Shown piece by piece: positions 9,774 through 24,700 of a stretch of 64,000 nucleotides of DNA. The translations under genes were made by a program, and so were the position numbers. The notes beneath the pieces were generated by a model. The model was not told the DNA's origin and did not search any database. It was given only the letters and a program-made list of their open reading frames with translations. The first letter of the stretch is position 1. Every line of letters begins with the position of its first letter. This stretch comes from Nemertoderma westbladi (lineage: Eukaryota; Animalia; Xenacoelomorpha): contig JAUCBJ010003088.1 in NCBI GenBank assembly GCA_032718475.1, positions 1 to 64,000 of the forward strand. Direction: 5' to 3'.

Positions 9774-12700
9774 CACACAGCAGTTAGAACCAGTACTCCT
9801 ATATGGAGTCCATCATACAGCAGTTAGAACCAGTACTCCTATATGGAGTCCCATCATACAGCAGTTAGAACCAGTACTCCTATATGGAGCATCAATCAGC
9901 AGATAGAACCAGGAACCAGTACTCCTATATGGATTCCATCATACAGCAGTTAGAACCAGTACTCCTATATGGAGTCCATCAATCAGAAGTTAGAACCAGT
10001 ACTCCTATATGGATTCCATCAATCAGCAGTTAGAACCAGTACTCCTATATGGAGTCCATCATACAGCAGTTAGAACCAGTACACCTATATGGAGTCCATC
10101 ATACAGCAGTTAGAACCAGTACTCCTATATGGAGTCCATCATACAGCAGATAGACCCAGTACTCCTATATGGAGTCCATCAATCATAAGTTAGAACCAGT
10201 ACTCCTATATGGAGTCCATCATACAGCAGTTAGAATCAGTACTCCTCAATCAGCAGTTAGAACCAGTACTCCTTTATGGAGTCCATCAATCAGAAGTTAG
10301 AACCAGTACTCCTATATGGAGTCCATCAATCAGAAGTTAGAATCAGTACTCCTCAATCAGCAGTTAGAACCAGTACTCCTTTATGGAGTCCATCAATCAG
10401 AAGTTAGAACCAGTACTCCTATATGGAGTCCATCATACAGCAGTTAGAATCAGTACTCCTCAATCAGCAGTTAGAACCAGTACTCCTTTATGGAGTCCAT
10501 CAATCAGAAGTTAGAACCAGTACTCCTATATGGAGTCCATCATACAGCAGTTAGAACCAGTACTCCTATATGGAGTCCATCATACAGCAGTTAGAACCAG
10601 TACTCCTATATGGAGTCCATCATACAGCAGTTAGACCCAGTACTCCTATATGGAGTCCATCAATCATAAGTTAGAACCAGTACTCCTATATGGAGTCCAT
10701 CATACAGCAGTTAGAACCAGTACTCCTATATGGAGTCCATCATACAGCTGTTAGAACCAGTACTCCTATATGGAGTCCATCATACAGCAGTTAGAACCAG
10801 TACTCCTATATGGAGTCCATCATACAGCAGTTAGAACCAGTACTCCTATATGGAGTCCATCATACAGAAGTTAGAACTAGTACTCCTATATGGAGTCCAT
10901 CATACAGCAGTTAGAACCAGTACTCCTATATGGAGTCTATCATACAGCAGTTAGAACCAGTACTCCTATATGGAGTCCATCAATCATAAGTTAGAACCAG
11001 TACTCCTATATGGAGTCCATCATACAGCAGTTAGAACCAGTACTCCTATATGGAGTCCATCATACAGCTGTTAGAACCAGTACTCCTATATGGAGTCCAT
11101 CATACAGCAGTTAGAACCAGTACTCCTATATGGAGTCCATCATACAGCCTATATGGAGTCCATCAATCAGAAGTTAGAACCAGTACTCCTATATGGAGTC
11201 CATCAATCAGAATCAGAAGTTAGAACCAGTACTCCTATATGGAGTCCATCATACAGCAGTTAGAACCAGTACTCCTATATGGAGTCCATCAATCATAAGT
11301 TAGAACCAGTACTCCTATATGGAGTCCATCATACAGCAGTTAGAACCAGTACTCATATATGGAGTCCATCATACAGAAGTTAGAACCAGTACTCCTATAT
11401 GGAGTCCATCATACAAAAGTTAGAACCAGTACTCCTATATGGAGTCCATCATACAGCAGTTAGAATCAGTACTCCTATATGGAGTCCATCATACAAAAGT
11501 TAGAACCAGTACTCCTATATGGAGTCCATCAATCATAAGTTAGAACCAGTACTCCTATATGGAGTCCATCAATCATAAGTTAGAACCAGTACTCCTATAT
11601 GGAGTCCATCATACAGCAGTTAGAACCAGTACTCCTATATGGAGTCCATCATACAGAAGTTAGAACCAGTACTCCTATATGGAGTCCATCATACAGCAGT
11701 TAGAACCAGTACTCCTATATGGAGTCCATCAATCAGAAGTTAGAACCAGTACTCCTATATGGAGTCCATCATACAGCAGTTAGAACCAGTACTCCTATAT
11801 GGAGTCCATCATACAGCTGTTAGAACCAGTACTCCTATATGGAGTCCATCATACAGCAGTTAGAACCAGTACTCCTATATGGAGTCCATCATACAGCAGT
11901 TAGAACCAGTACTCCTATATGGAGTCCATCATACAGAAGTTAGAACTAGTACTCCTATATGGAGTCCATCATACAGCAGTTAGAACCAGTACTCCTATAT
12001 GGAGTCTATCATACAGCAGTTAGAACCAGTACTCCTATATGGAGTCCATCATACAGCTGTTAGAACCAGTACTCCTATATGGAGTCCATCATACAGCTGT
12101 TAGAACCAGTACTCCTATATGGAGTCCATCATACAGCAGTTAGAATCAGTACTCCTATATGGAGTCCATCATACAACTCCTATATGGAGTCCATCATACA
12201 GCAGTTAGAATCAGTACTCCTATATGGAGTCCATCATACAGCAGTTAGAACCAGTACTCCTATATGGAGTCCATCATGCAGCAGTTAGAACCAGTACTCC
12301 TATATGGAGTCCATCATACAGCAGTTAGAACCAGTACTCCTATATGGAGTCCATCATGCAGCAGTTAGAACCAGTACTCCTATATGGAGTCCATCATACA
12401 GCAGTTAGAACCAGTACTCCTATATGGAGTCCATCATACAGCAGTTTGAATCAGTACTCCTATATGGAGTTCATCAATCAGCAGTTAGAACCAGTACTCC
12501 TATATGGAGTCTATCAATCAGAAGTTAGAACCAGTACTCCTTTATGGAGTCCATCATACAGTAATTAGAACCAGTACTCCTCAATCAGCAGTTAGAACCA
12601 GTACTCCTTTATGGAGTCCATCAATCAGAAGTTAGAACCAGTACTCCTATATGGAGTCCATCATACAGCAGTTAGAACCAGTACTCCTATATGGAGTCCA

Positions 12701-15700
12701 TCATACAGCAGTTAGAATCAGTACTCCTATATGGAGTTCATCAATCAGCAGTTAGAACCAGTACTCCTATATGGAGTCTATCAATCAGAAGTTAGAACCA
12801 GTACTCCTTTATGGAGTCCATCATACAGTAATTAGAACCAGTACTCCTCAATCAGCAGTTAGAACCAGTACTCCTTTATGGAGTCCATCAATCAGAAGTT
12901 AGAACCAGTACTCCTATATGGAGTCCATCAATCAGAAGTTAGAACCAGTACTCCTATATGGAGTCCATCAATCAGAAGTTAGAACCAGTACTCCTATATG
13001 GAGTCCATCATACAGCAGTTAGAACCAGTACTCCTATATGGAGTCCATCAATCAGAATCAGAAGTTAGAACCAGTACTCCTATATGGAGTCCATCATACA
13101 GCAGTTAGAACAAGTACTCCTATATGGAGTCCATCATACAGCAGTTAGAACCAGTACTCCTATATGGAGTCCATCATACAGCAGTTAGAACCAGTACTCC
13201 TATATGGAGTCCCATCATACAGCAGTTAGAACCAGTACTCCTATATGGAGCATTAATCAGCAGATAGAACCAGGAACCAGTACTCCTATATGGATTCCAT
13301 CATACAGAAGTTAGAACCAGTACTCCTATATGGAGTCCATCAATCAGAAGTTAGAACCAGTACTCCTATATGGATTCCATCAATCAGCAGTTAGAACCAG
13401 TACTCCTATATGGAGTCCATCATACAGCAGTTAGAACCAGTACTCCTATATGGAGTCCATCATACAGCAGTTAGAACCAGTACTCCTGTATGGAGTCCAT
13501 CATACAGCAGTTAGACCCAGTACTCCTATATGGAGTCCATCAATCATAAGTTAGAACCAGTACTCCTATATGGAGTCCATCATACAGCAGTTAGAACCAG
13601 TACTCCTATATGGAGTCCATCATACAGCAGTTAGAACCAGTACTCCTATATGGAGTCCATCATACAGCAGTTAGACCCAGTACTCCTATATGGAGTCCAT
13701 CAATCATAAGTTAGAACCAGTACTCCTATATGGAGTCCATCATACAGCTGTTAGAACCAGTACTCCTATATGGAGTCCATCATACAGCAGTTAGAACCAG
13801 TACTCCTATATGGAGTCCATCATACAGCAGTTAGAACCAGTACTCCTATATGGAGTCCATCATACAGAAGTTAGAACTAGTACTCCTATATGGAGTCCAT
13901 CATACAGCAGTTAGAACCAGTACTCCTATATGGAGTCTATCATACAGCAGTTAGAACCAGTACTCCTATATGGAGTCCATCAATCATAAGTTAGAACCAG
14001 TACTCCTATATGGAGTCCATCATACAGCAGTTAGAACCAGTACTCCTATATGGAGTCCATCATACAGCTGTTAGAACCAGTACTCCTATATGGAGTCCAT
14101 CATACAGCTGTTAGAACCAGTACTCCTATATGGAGTCCATCATACAGCAGTTAGAACCAGTACTCCTTTATGGAGTCCATCATACAGTAATTAGAACCAG
14201 TACTCCTCAATCAGCAGTTAGAACCAGTACTCCTTTATGGAGTCCATCAATCAGAAGTTAGAACCAGTACTCCTATATGGAGTCCATCAATCAGAAGTTA
14301 GAACCAGTACTCCTATATGGAGTCCATCAATCAGAAGTTAGAACCAGTACTCCTATATGGAGTCCATCATACAGCAGTTAGAACCAGTACTCCTATATGG
14401 AGTCCATCAATCAGCAGATAGAACCAGGAACCAGTATTCCTATATGGATTCCATCATACACCAGTTAGAATCAGTACTCCTATATGGAGTCCATCATACA
14501 ACTCCTATATGGAGTCCATCATACAGCAGTTAGAATCAGTACTCCTATATGGAGTCCATCATACAGCAGTTAGAACCAGTACTCCTATATGGAGTCCATC
14601 ATGCAGCAGTTAGAACCAGTACTCCTATATGGAGTCCATCATACAGCAGTTAGAACCAGTACTCCTATATGGAGTCCATCATACAGCAGTTAGAATCAGT
14701 ACTCCTATATGGAGTTCATCAATCAGCAGTTAGAACCAGTACTCCTATATGGAGTCTATCAATCAGAAGTTAGAACCAGTACTCCTTTATGGAGTCCATC
14801 ATACAGTAATTAGAACCAGTACTCCTCAATCAGCAGTTAGAACCAGTACTCCTCAATCAGCAGTTAGAACCAGTACTCCTTTATGGAGTCCATCAATCAG
14901 AAGTTAGAACCAGTACTCCTATATGGAGTCCATCATACAGCAGTTAGAACCAGTACTCCTATATGGAGTCCATCATACAGCAGTTAGAATCAGTACTCCT
15001 ATATGGAGTTCATCAATCAGCAGTTAGAACCAGTACTCCTATATGGAGTCTATCAATCAGAAGTTAGAACCAGTACTCCTTTATGGAGTCCATCATACAG
15101 TAATTAGAACCAGTACTCCTCAATCAGCAGTTAGAACCAGTACTCCTTTATGGAGTCCATCAATCAGAAGTTAGAACCAGTACTCCTATATGGAGTCCAT
15201 CAATCAGAAGTTAGAACCAGTACTCCTATATGGAGTCCATCAATCAGAAGTTAGAACCAGTACTCCTATATGGAGTCCATCATACAGCAGTTAGAACCAG
15301 TACTCCTATATGGAGTCCATCATACAGCAGTTAGAATCAGTACTCCTATATGGAGTTCATCAATCAGCAGTTAGAACCAGTACTCCTATATGGAGTCTAT
15401 CAATCAGAAGTTAGAACCAGTACTCCTTTATGGAGTCCATCATACAGTAATTAGAACCAGTACTCCTCAATCAGCAGTTAGAACCAGTACTCCTTTATGG
15501 AGTCCATCAATCAGAAGTTAGAACCAGTACTCCTATATGGAGTCCATCAATCAGAAGTTAGAACCAGTACTCCTATATGGAGTCCATCAATCAGAAGTTA
15601 GAACCAGTACTCCTATATGGAGTCCATCATACAGCAGTTAGAACCAGTACTCCTATATGGAGTCCATCAATCAGAATCAGAAGTTAGAACCAGTACTCCT

Positions 15701-18700
15701 ATATGGAGTCCATCATACAGCAGTTAGAACAAGTACTCCTATATGGAGTCCATCATACAGCAGTTAGAACCAGTACTCCTATATGGAGTCCATCATACAG
15801 CAGTTAGAACCAGTACTCCTATATGGAGTCCCATCATACAGCAGTTAGAACCAGTACTCCTATATGGAGCATTAATCAGCAGATAGAACCAGGAACCAGT
15901 ACTCCTATATGGATTCCATCATACAGAAGTTAGAACCAGTACTCCTATATGGAGTCCATCAATCAGAAGTTAGAACCAGTACTCCTATATGGATTCCATC
16001 AATCAGCAGTTAGAACCAGTACTCCTATATGGAGTCCATCATACAGCAGTTAGAACCAGTACTCCTATATGGAGTCCATCATACAGCAGTTAGAACCAGT
16101 ACTCCTGTATGGAGTCCATCATACAGCAGTTAGACCCAGTACTCCTATATGGAGTCCATCAATCATAAGTTAGAACCAGTACTCCTATATGGAGTCCATC
16201 ATACAGCAGTTAGAACCAGTACTCCTATATGGAGTCCATCATACAGCAGTTAGAACCAGTACTCCTATATGGAGTCCATCATACAGCAGTTAGACCCAGT
16301 ACTCCTATATGGAGTCCATCAATCATAAGTTAGAACCAGTACTCCTATATGGAGTCCATCATACAGCTGTTAGAACCAGTACTCCTATATGGAGTCCATC
16401 ATACAGCAGTTAGAACCAGTACTCCTATATGGAGTCCATCATACAGCAGTTAGAACCAGTACTCCTATATGGAGTCCATCATACAGAAGTTAGAACTAGT
16501 ACTCCTATATGGAGTCCATCATACAGCAGTTAGAACCAGTACTCCTATATGGAGTCTATCATACAGCAGTTAGAACCAGTACTCCTATATGGAGTCCATC
16601 AATCATAAGTTAGAACCAGTACTCCTATATGGAGTCCATCATACAGCAGTTAGAACCAGTACTCCTATATGGAGTCCATCATACAGCTGTTAGAACCAGT
16701 ACTCCTATATGGAGTCCATCATACAGCTGTTAGAACCAGTACTCCTATATGGAGTCCATCATACAGCAGTTAGAACCAGTACTCCTTTATGGAGTCCATC
16801 ATACAGTAATTAGAACCAGTACTCCTCAATCAGCAGTTAGAACCAGTACTCCTTTATGGAGTCCATCAATCAGAAGTTAGAACCAGTACTCCTATATGGA
16901 GTCCATCAATCAGAAGTTAGAACCAGTACTCCTATATGGAGTCCATCAATCAGAAGTTAGAACCAGTACTCCTATATGGAGTCCATCATACAGCAGTTAG
17001 AACCAGTACTCCTATATGGAGTCCATCAATCAGCAGATAGAACCAGGAACCAGTATTCCTATATGGATTCCATCATACACCAGTTAGAATCAGTACTCCT
17101 ATATGGAGTCCATCATACAACTCCTATATGGAGTCCATCATACAGCAGTTAGAATCAGTACTCCTATATGGAGTCCATCATACAGCAGTTAGAACCAGTA
17201 CTCCTATATGGAGTCCATCATGCAGCAGTTAGAACCAGTACTCCTATATGGAGTCCATCATACAGCAGTTAGAACCAGTACTCCTATATGGAGTCCATCA
17301 TACAGCAGTTAGAATCAGTACTCCTATATGGAGTTCATCAATCAGCAGTTAGAACCAGTACTCCTATATGGAGTCTATCAATCAGAAGTTAGAACCAGTA
17401 CTCCTTTATGGAGTCCATCATACAGTAATTAGAACCAGTACTCCTCAATCAGCAGTTAGAACCAGTACTCCTCAATCAGCAGTTAGAACCAGTACTCCTT
17501 TATGGAGTCCATCAATCAGAAGTTAGAACCAGTACTCCTATATGGAGTCCATCATACAGCAGTTAGAACCAGTACTCCTATATGGAGTCCATCATACAGC
17601 AGTTAGAATCAGTACTCCTATATGGAGTTCATCAATCATCAGTTAGAACCAGTACTCCTATATGGAGTCTATCAATCAGAAGTTAGAACCAGTACTCCTT
17701 TATGGAGTCCATCATACAGTAATTAGAACCAGTACTCCTCAATCAGCAGTTAGAACCAGTACTCCTTTATGGAGTCCATCAATCAGAAGTTAGAACCAGT
17801 ACTCCTATATGGAGTCCATCAATCAGAAGTTAGAACCAGTACTCCTATATGGAGTCCATCAATCAGAAGTTAGAACCAGTACTCCTATATGGAGTCCATC
17901 ATACAGCAGTTAGAACCAGTACTCCTATATGGAGTCCATCAATCAGAATCAGAAGTTAGAACCAGTACTCCTATATGGAGTCCATCATACAGCAGTTAGA
18001 ACAAGTACTCCTATATGGAGTCCATCATACAGCAGTTAGAACCAGTACTCCTATATGGAGTCCATCATACAGCAGTTAGAACCAGTACTCCTATATGGAG
18101 TCCCATCATACAGCAGTTAGAACCAGTACTCCTATATGGAGCATCAATCAGCAGATAGAACCAGGAACCAGTACTCCTATATGGATTCCATCATACAGCA
18201 GTTAGAACCAGTACTCCTATATGGAGTCCATCAATCAGAAGTTAGAACCAGTACTCCTATATGGATTCCATCAATCAGCAGTTAGAACCAGTACTCCTAT
18301 ATGGAGTCCATCATACAGCAGTTAGAACCAGTACTCCTATATGGAGTCCATCATACAGCAGTTAGAACCAGTACTCCTATATGGAGTCCATCATACAGCA
18401 GTTAGACCCAGTACTCCTATATGGAGTCCATCAATCATAAGTTAGAACCAGTACTCCTATATGGAGTCCATCATACAGCAGTTAGAACCAGTACTCCTAT
18501 ATGGAGTCCATCATACAGCAGTTAGAACCAGTACTCCTATATGGAGTCCATCATACAGCAGTTAGACCCAGTACTCCTATATGGAGTCCATCAATCATAA
18601 GTTAGAACCAGTACTCCTATATGGAGTCCATCATACAGCTGTTAGAACCAGTACTCCTATATGGAGTCCATCATACAGCAGTTAGAACCAGTACTCCTAT

Positions 18701-21700
18701 ATGGAGTCCATCATACAGCAGTTAGAACCAGTACTCCTATATGGAGTCCATCATACAGAAGTTAGAACTAGTACTCCTATATGGAGTCCATCATACAGCA
18801 GTTAGAACCAGTACTCCTATATGGAGTCTATCATACAGCAGTTAGAACCAGTACTCCTATATGGAGTCCATCAATCATAAGTTAGAACCAGTACTCCTAT
18901 ATGGAGTCCATCATACAGCAGTTAGAACCAGTACTCCTATATGGAGTCCATCATACAGCTGTTAGAACCAGTACTCCTATATGGAGTCCATCATACAGCT
19001 GTTAGAACCAGTACTCCTATATGGAGTCCATCATACAGCAGTTAGAACCAGTACTCCTATATGGAGCATCAATCAGCAGATAGAACCAGGAACCAGTATT
19101 CCTATATGGATTCCATCATACAGCAGTTAGAATCAGTACTCCTATATGGAGTCCATCATACAACTCCTATATGGAGTCCATCATACAGCAGTTAGAATCA
19201 GTACTCCTATATGGAGTCCATCATACAGCAGTTAGAACCAGTACTCCTATATGGAGTCCACCATGCAGCAGTTAGAACCAGTACTCCTATATGGAGTCCA
19301 TCATACAGCAGTTAGAACCAGTACTCCTATATGGAGTCCATCATACAGCAGTTAGAATCAGTACTCCTATATGGAGTTCATCAATCAGCAGTTAGAACCA
19401 GTACTCCTATATGGAGTCTATCAATCAGAAGTTAGAACCAGTACTCCTTTATGGAGTCCATCATACAGTAATTAGAACCAGTACTCCTCAATCAGCAGTT
19501 AGAACCAGTACTCCTTTATGGAGTCCATCAATCAGAAGTTAGAACCAGTACTCCTATATGGAGTCCATCATACAGCAGTTAGAACCAGTACTCCTATATG
19601 GAGTCCATCATACAGCAGTTAGAATCAGTACTCCTATATGGAGTTCATCAATCAGCAGTTAGAACCAGTACTCCTATATGGAGTCTATCAATCAGAAGTT
19701 AGAACCAGTACTCCTTTATGGAGTCCATCATACAGTAATTAGAACCAGTACTCCTCAATCAGCAGTTAGAACCAGTACTCCTTTATGGAGTCCATCAATC
19801 AGAAGTTAGAACCAGTACTCCTATATGGAGTCCATCAATCAGAAGTTAGAACCAGTACTCCTATATGGAGTCCATCAATCAGAAGTTAGAACCAGTACTC
19901 CTATATGGAGTCCATCATACAGCAGTTAGAACCAGTACTCCTATATGGAGTCCATCAATCAGAATCAGAAGTTAGAACCAGTACTCCTCAATCAGCAGTT
20001 AGAACCAGTACTCCTTTATGGAGTCCATCAATCAGAAGTTAGAACCAGTACTCCTATATGGAGTCCATCATACAGCAGTTAGAACCAGTACTCCTATATG
20101 GAGTCCATCATACAGCAGTTAGAACCAGTACTCCTATATGGAGTCCATCATACAGCAGTTAGAACCAGTACTCCTATATGGAGTCCATCATACAGAAGTT
20201 AGAACCAGTACTCCTATATGGAGTCCATCATACAGCAGTTAGAACCAGTACTCCTATATGGAGTCCATCATACAGCAGTTAGAACCAGTACTCCTATATG
20301 GAGTCCATCAATCAGAAGTTAGAACCAGTACTCCTATATGGAGTCCATCATACAGCAGTTAGAACCAGTACTCCTATATGGAGTCCATCATACAGCTGTT
20401 AGAACCAGTACTCCTATATGGAGTCCATCATACAGCTGTTAGAACCAGTACTCCTATATGGAGTCCATCATACAGCAGTTAGAACCAGTACTCCTATATG
20501 GAGCATCAATCAGCAGATAGAACCAGGAACCAGTATTCCTATATGGATTCCATCATACAGCAGTTAGAATCAGTACTCCTATATGGAGTCCATCATACAA
20601 CTCCTATATGGAGTCCATCATACAGCAGTTAGAATCAGTACTCCTATATGGAGTCCATCATACAGCAGTTAGAACCAGTACTCCTATATGGAGTCCATCA
20701 TGCAGCAGTTAGAACCAGTACTCCTATATGGAGTCCATCATACAGCAGTTAGAATCAGTACTCCTATATGGAGTTCATCAATCAGCAGTTAGAACCAGTA
20801 CTCCTATATGGAGTCTATCAATCAGAAGTTAGAACCAGTACTCCTTTATGGAGTCCATCATACAGTAATTAGAACCAGTACTCCTCAATCAGCAGTTAGA
20901 ACCAGTACTCCTTTATGGAGTCCATCAATCAGAAGTTAGAACCAGTACTCCTATATGGAGTCCATCATACAGCAGTTAGAACCAGTACTCCTATATGGAG
21001 TCCATCATACAGCAGTTAGAATCAGTACTCCTATATGGAGTTCATCAATCAGCAGTTAGAACCAGTACTCCTATATGGAGTCTATCAATCAGAAGTTAGA
21101 ACCAGTACTCCTTTATGGAGTCCATCATACAGTAATTAGAACCAGTACTCCTCAATCAGCAGTTAGAACCAGTACTCCTTTATGGAGTCCATTAATCAGA
21201 AGTTAGAACCAGTACTCCTATATGGAGTCCATCAATCATAAGTTAGAACCAGTACTCCTATATGGAGTCCATCATACAGCAGTTAGAACCACTACTCATA
21301 TATGGAGTCCATCATACAGAAGTTAGAACCAGTACTCCTATATGGAGTCCATCATACAAAAGTTAGAACCAGTACTCCTATATGGAGTCCATCATACAGC
21401 AGTTAGAATCAGTACTCCTATATGGAGTCCATCATACAAAAGTTAGAACCAGTACTCCTATATGGAGTCCATCAATCATAAGTTAGAACCAGTACTCCTA
21501 TATGGAGTCCATCAATCATAAGTTAGAACCAGTACTCCTATATGGAGTCCATCATACAGCAGTTAGAACCAGTACTCCTATATGGAGTCCATCATACAGA
21601 AGTTAGAACCAGTACTCCTATATGGAGTCCATCATACAGCAGTTAGAACCAGTACTCCTATATGGAGTCCATCAATCAGAAGTTAGAACCAGTACTCCTA

Positions 21701-24700
21701 TATGGAGTCCATCATACAGCAGTTAGAACCAGTACTCCTATATGGAGTCCATCATACAGCTGTTAGAACCAGTACTCCTATATGGAGTCCATCATACAGC
21801 AGTTAGAACCAGTACTCCTATATGGAGTCCATCATACAGCAGTTAGAACCAGTACTCCTATATGGAGTCCATCATACAGAAGTTAGAACTAGTACTCCTA
21901 TATGGAGTCCATCATACAGCAGTTAGAACCAGTACTCCTATATGGAGTCTATCATACAGCAGTTAGAACCAGTACTCCTATATGGAGTCCATCAATCATA
22001 AGTTAGAACCAGTACTCCTATATGGAGTCCATCATACAGCAGTTAGAACCAGTACTCCTATATGGAGTCCATCATACAGCTGTTAGAACCAGTACTCCTA
22101 TATGGAGTCCATCATACAGCAGTTAGAACCAGTACTCCTATATGGAGTCCATCATACAGCAGTTAGAACCAGTACTCCTATATGGAGTCCATCATACAGA
22201 AGTTAGAACTAGTACTCCTATATGGAGTCCATCATACAGCAGTTAGAACCAGTACTCCTATATGGAGTCTATCATACAGCAGTTAGAACCAGTACTCCTA
22301 TATGGAGTCCATCAATCATAAGTTAGAACCAGTACTCCTATAAGAAGTTAGAACTAGTACTCCTATATGGAGTCCATCATACAGCAGTTAGAACCAGTAC
22401 TCCTATATGGAGTCCATCATACAGCCTATATGGAGTCCATCAATCAGAAGTTAGAACCAGTACTCCTATATGGAGTCCATCAATCAGAATCAGAAGTTAG
22501 AACCAGTACTCCTATATGGAGTCCATCATACAGCAGTTAGAACCAGTACTCCTATATGGAGTCCATCAATCATAAGTTAGAACCAGTACTCCTATATGGA
22601 GTCCATCATACAGCAGTTAGAACCAGTACTCATATATGGAGTCCATCATACAGAAGTTAGAACCAGTACTCCTATATGGAGTCCATCATACAAAAGTTAG
22701 AACCAGTACTCCTATATGGAGTCCATCATACAGCAGTTAGAATCAGTACTCCTATATGGAGTCCATCATACAAAAGTTAGAACCAGTACTCCTATATGGA
22801 GTCCATCAATCATAAGTTAGAACCAGTACTCCTATATGGAGTCCATCAATCATAAGTTAGAACCAGTACTCCTATATGGAGTCCATCATACAGCAGTTAG
22901 AACCAGTACTCCTATATGGAGTCCATCATACAGAAGTTAGAACCAGTACTCCTATATGGAGTCCATCATACAGCAGTTAGAACCAGTACTCCTATATGGA
23001 GTCCATCAATCAGAAGTTAGAACCAGTACTCCTATATGGAGTCCATCATACAGCAGTTAGAACCAGTACTCCTATATGGAGTCCATCATACAGCTGTTAG
23101 AACCAGTACTCCTATATGGAGTCCATCATACAGCAGTTAGAACCAGTACTCCTATATGGAGTCCATCATACAGCAGTTAGAACCAGTACTCCTATATGGA
23201 GTCCATCATACAGAAGTTAGAACTAGTACTCCTATATGGAGTCCATCATACAGCAGTTAGAACCAGTACTCCTATATGGAGTCTATCATACAGCAGTTAG
23301 AACCAGTACTCCTATATGGAGTCCATCATACAGCTGTTAGAACCAGTACTCCTATATGGAGTCCATCATACAGCTGTTAGAACCAGTACTCCTATATGGA
23401 GTCCATCATACAGCAGTTAGAATCAGTACTCCTATATGGAGTCCATCATACAACTCCTATATGGAGTCCATCATACAGCAGTTAGAATCAGTACTCCTAT
23501 ATGGAGTCCATCATACAGCAGTTAGAACCAGTACTCCTATATGGAGTCCATCATGCAGCAGTTAGAACCAGTACTCCTATATGGAGTCCATCATACAGCA
23601 GTTAGAACCAGTACTCCTATATGGAGTCCATCATGCAGCAGTTAGAACCAGTACTCCTATATGGAGTCCATCATACAGCAGTTAGAACCAGTACTCCTAT
23701 ATGGAGTCCATCATACAGCAGTTAGAATCAGTACTCCTATATGGAGTTCATCAATCAGCAGTTAGAACCAGTACTCCTATATGGAGTCTATCAATCAGAA
23801 GTTAGAACCAGTACTCCTTTATGGAGTCCATCATACAGTAATTAGAACCAGTACTCCTCAATCAGCAGTTAGAACCAGTACTCCTTTATGGAGTCCATCA
23901 ATCAGAAGTTAGAACCAGTACTCCTATATGGAGTCCATCATACAGCAGTTAGAACCAGTACTCCTATATGGAGTCCATCATACAGCAGTTAGAATCAGTA
24001 CTCCTATATGGAGTTCATCAATCAGCAGTTAGAACCAGTATTCCTATATGGAGTCTATCAATCAGAAGTTAGAACCAGTACTCCTTTATGGAGTCCATCA
24101 TACAGTAATTAGAACCAGTACTCCTCAATCAGCAGTTAGAACCAGTACTCATTTATGGAGTCCATCAATCAGAAGTTAGAACCAGTACTCCTATATGGAG
24201 TCCATCAATCAGAAGTTAGAACCAGTACTCCTATATGGAGTCCATCAATCAGAAGTTAGAACCAGTACTCCTATATGGAGTCCATCATACAGCAGTTAGA
24301 ACCAGTACTCCTATATGGAGTCCATCAATCAGAATCAGAAGTTAGAACCAGTACTCCTATATGGAGTCCATCATACAGCAGTTAGAACAAGTACTCCTAT
24401 ATGGAGTCCATCATACAGCAGTTAGAACCAGTACTCCTATATGGAGTCCATCATACAGCAGTTAGAACCAGTACTCCTATATGGAGTCCCATCATACAGC
24501 AGTTAGAACCAGTACTCCTATATGGAGCATTAATCAGCAGATAGAACCAGGAACCAGTACTCCTATATGGATTCCATCATACAGAAGTTAGAACCAGTAC
24601 TCCTATATGGAGTCCATCAATCAGAAGTTAGAACCAGTACTCCTATATGGATTCCATCAATCAGCAGTTAGAACCAGTACTCCTATATGGAGTCCATCAT

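Larger units (their letters stand above)
1..9777 (+). mobile_element. BEL/Pao LTR retrotransposon (5' part outside window; 3' end uncertain)
   Basis: Single gag-pol ORF with the BEL/Pao order Gag - three Cys/His knuckles - protease - RT - RNase H - integrase. It is followed by a G-rich tract and TGTTG at 7034, the probable 3' LTR start. The right boundary cannot be fixed without the 5' LTR; candidates are CAACA at 7539 or CACA at 9777-9779. Confidence 0.85.
7034..9777 (+). repeat. Probable 3' LTR / 3' non-coding region of the BEL element (end uncertain: 7539 or ~9777)
   Basis: Starts TGTTG after the G tract. AATAAA occurs at ~7408 and ~9657. A CAACA at 7535-7539 would give a 506-bp LTR with 5-bp inverted termini. 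Alternatively the region runs to ...CACA abutting the satellite. No second LTR copy is in the window. Confidence 0.4.
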
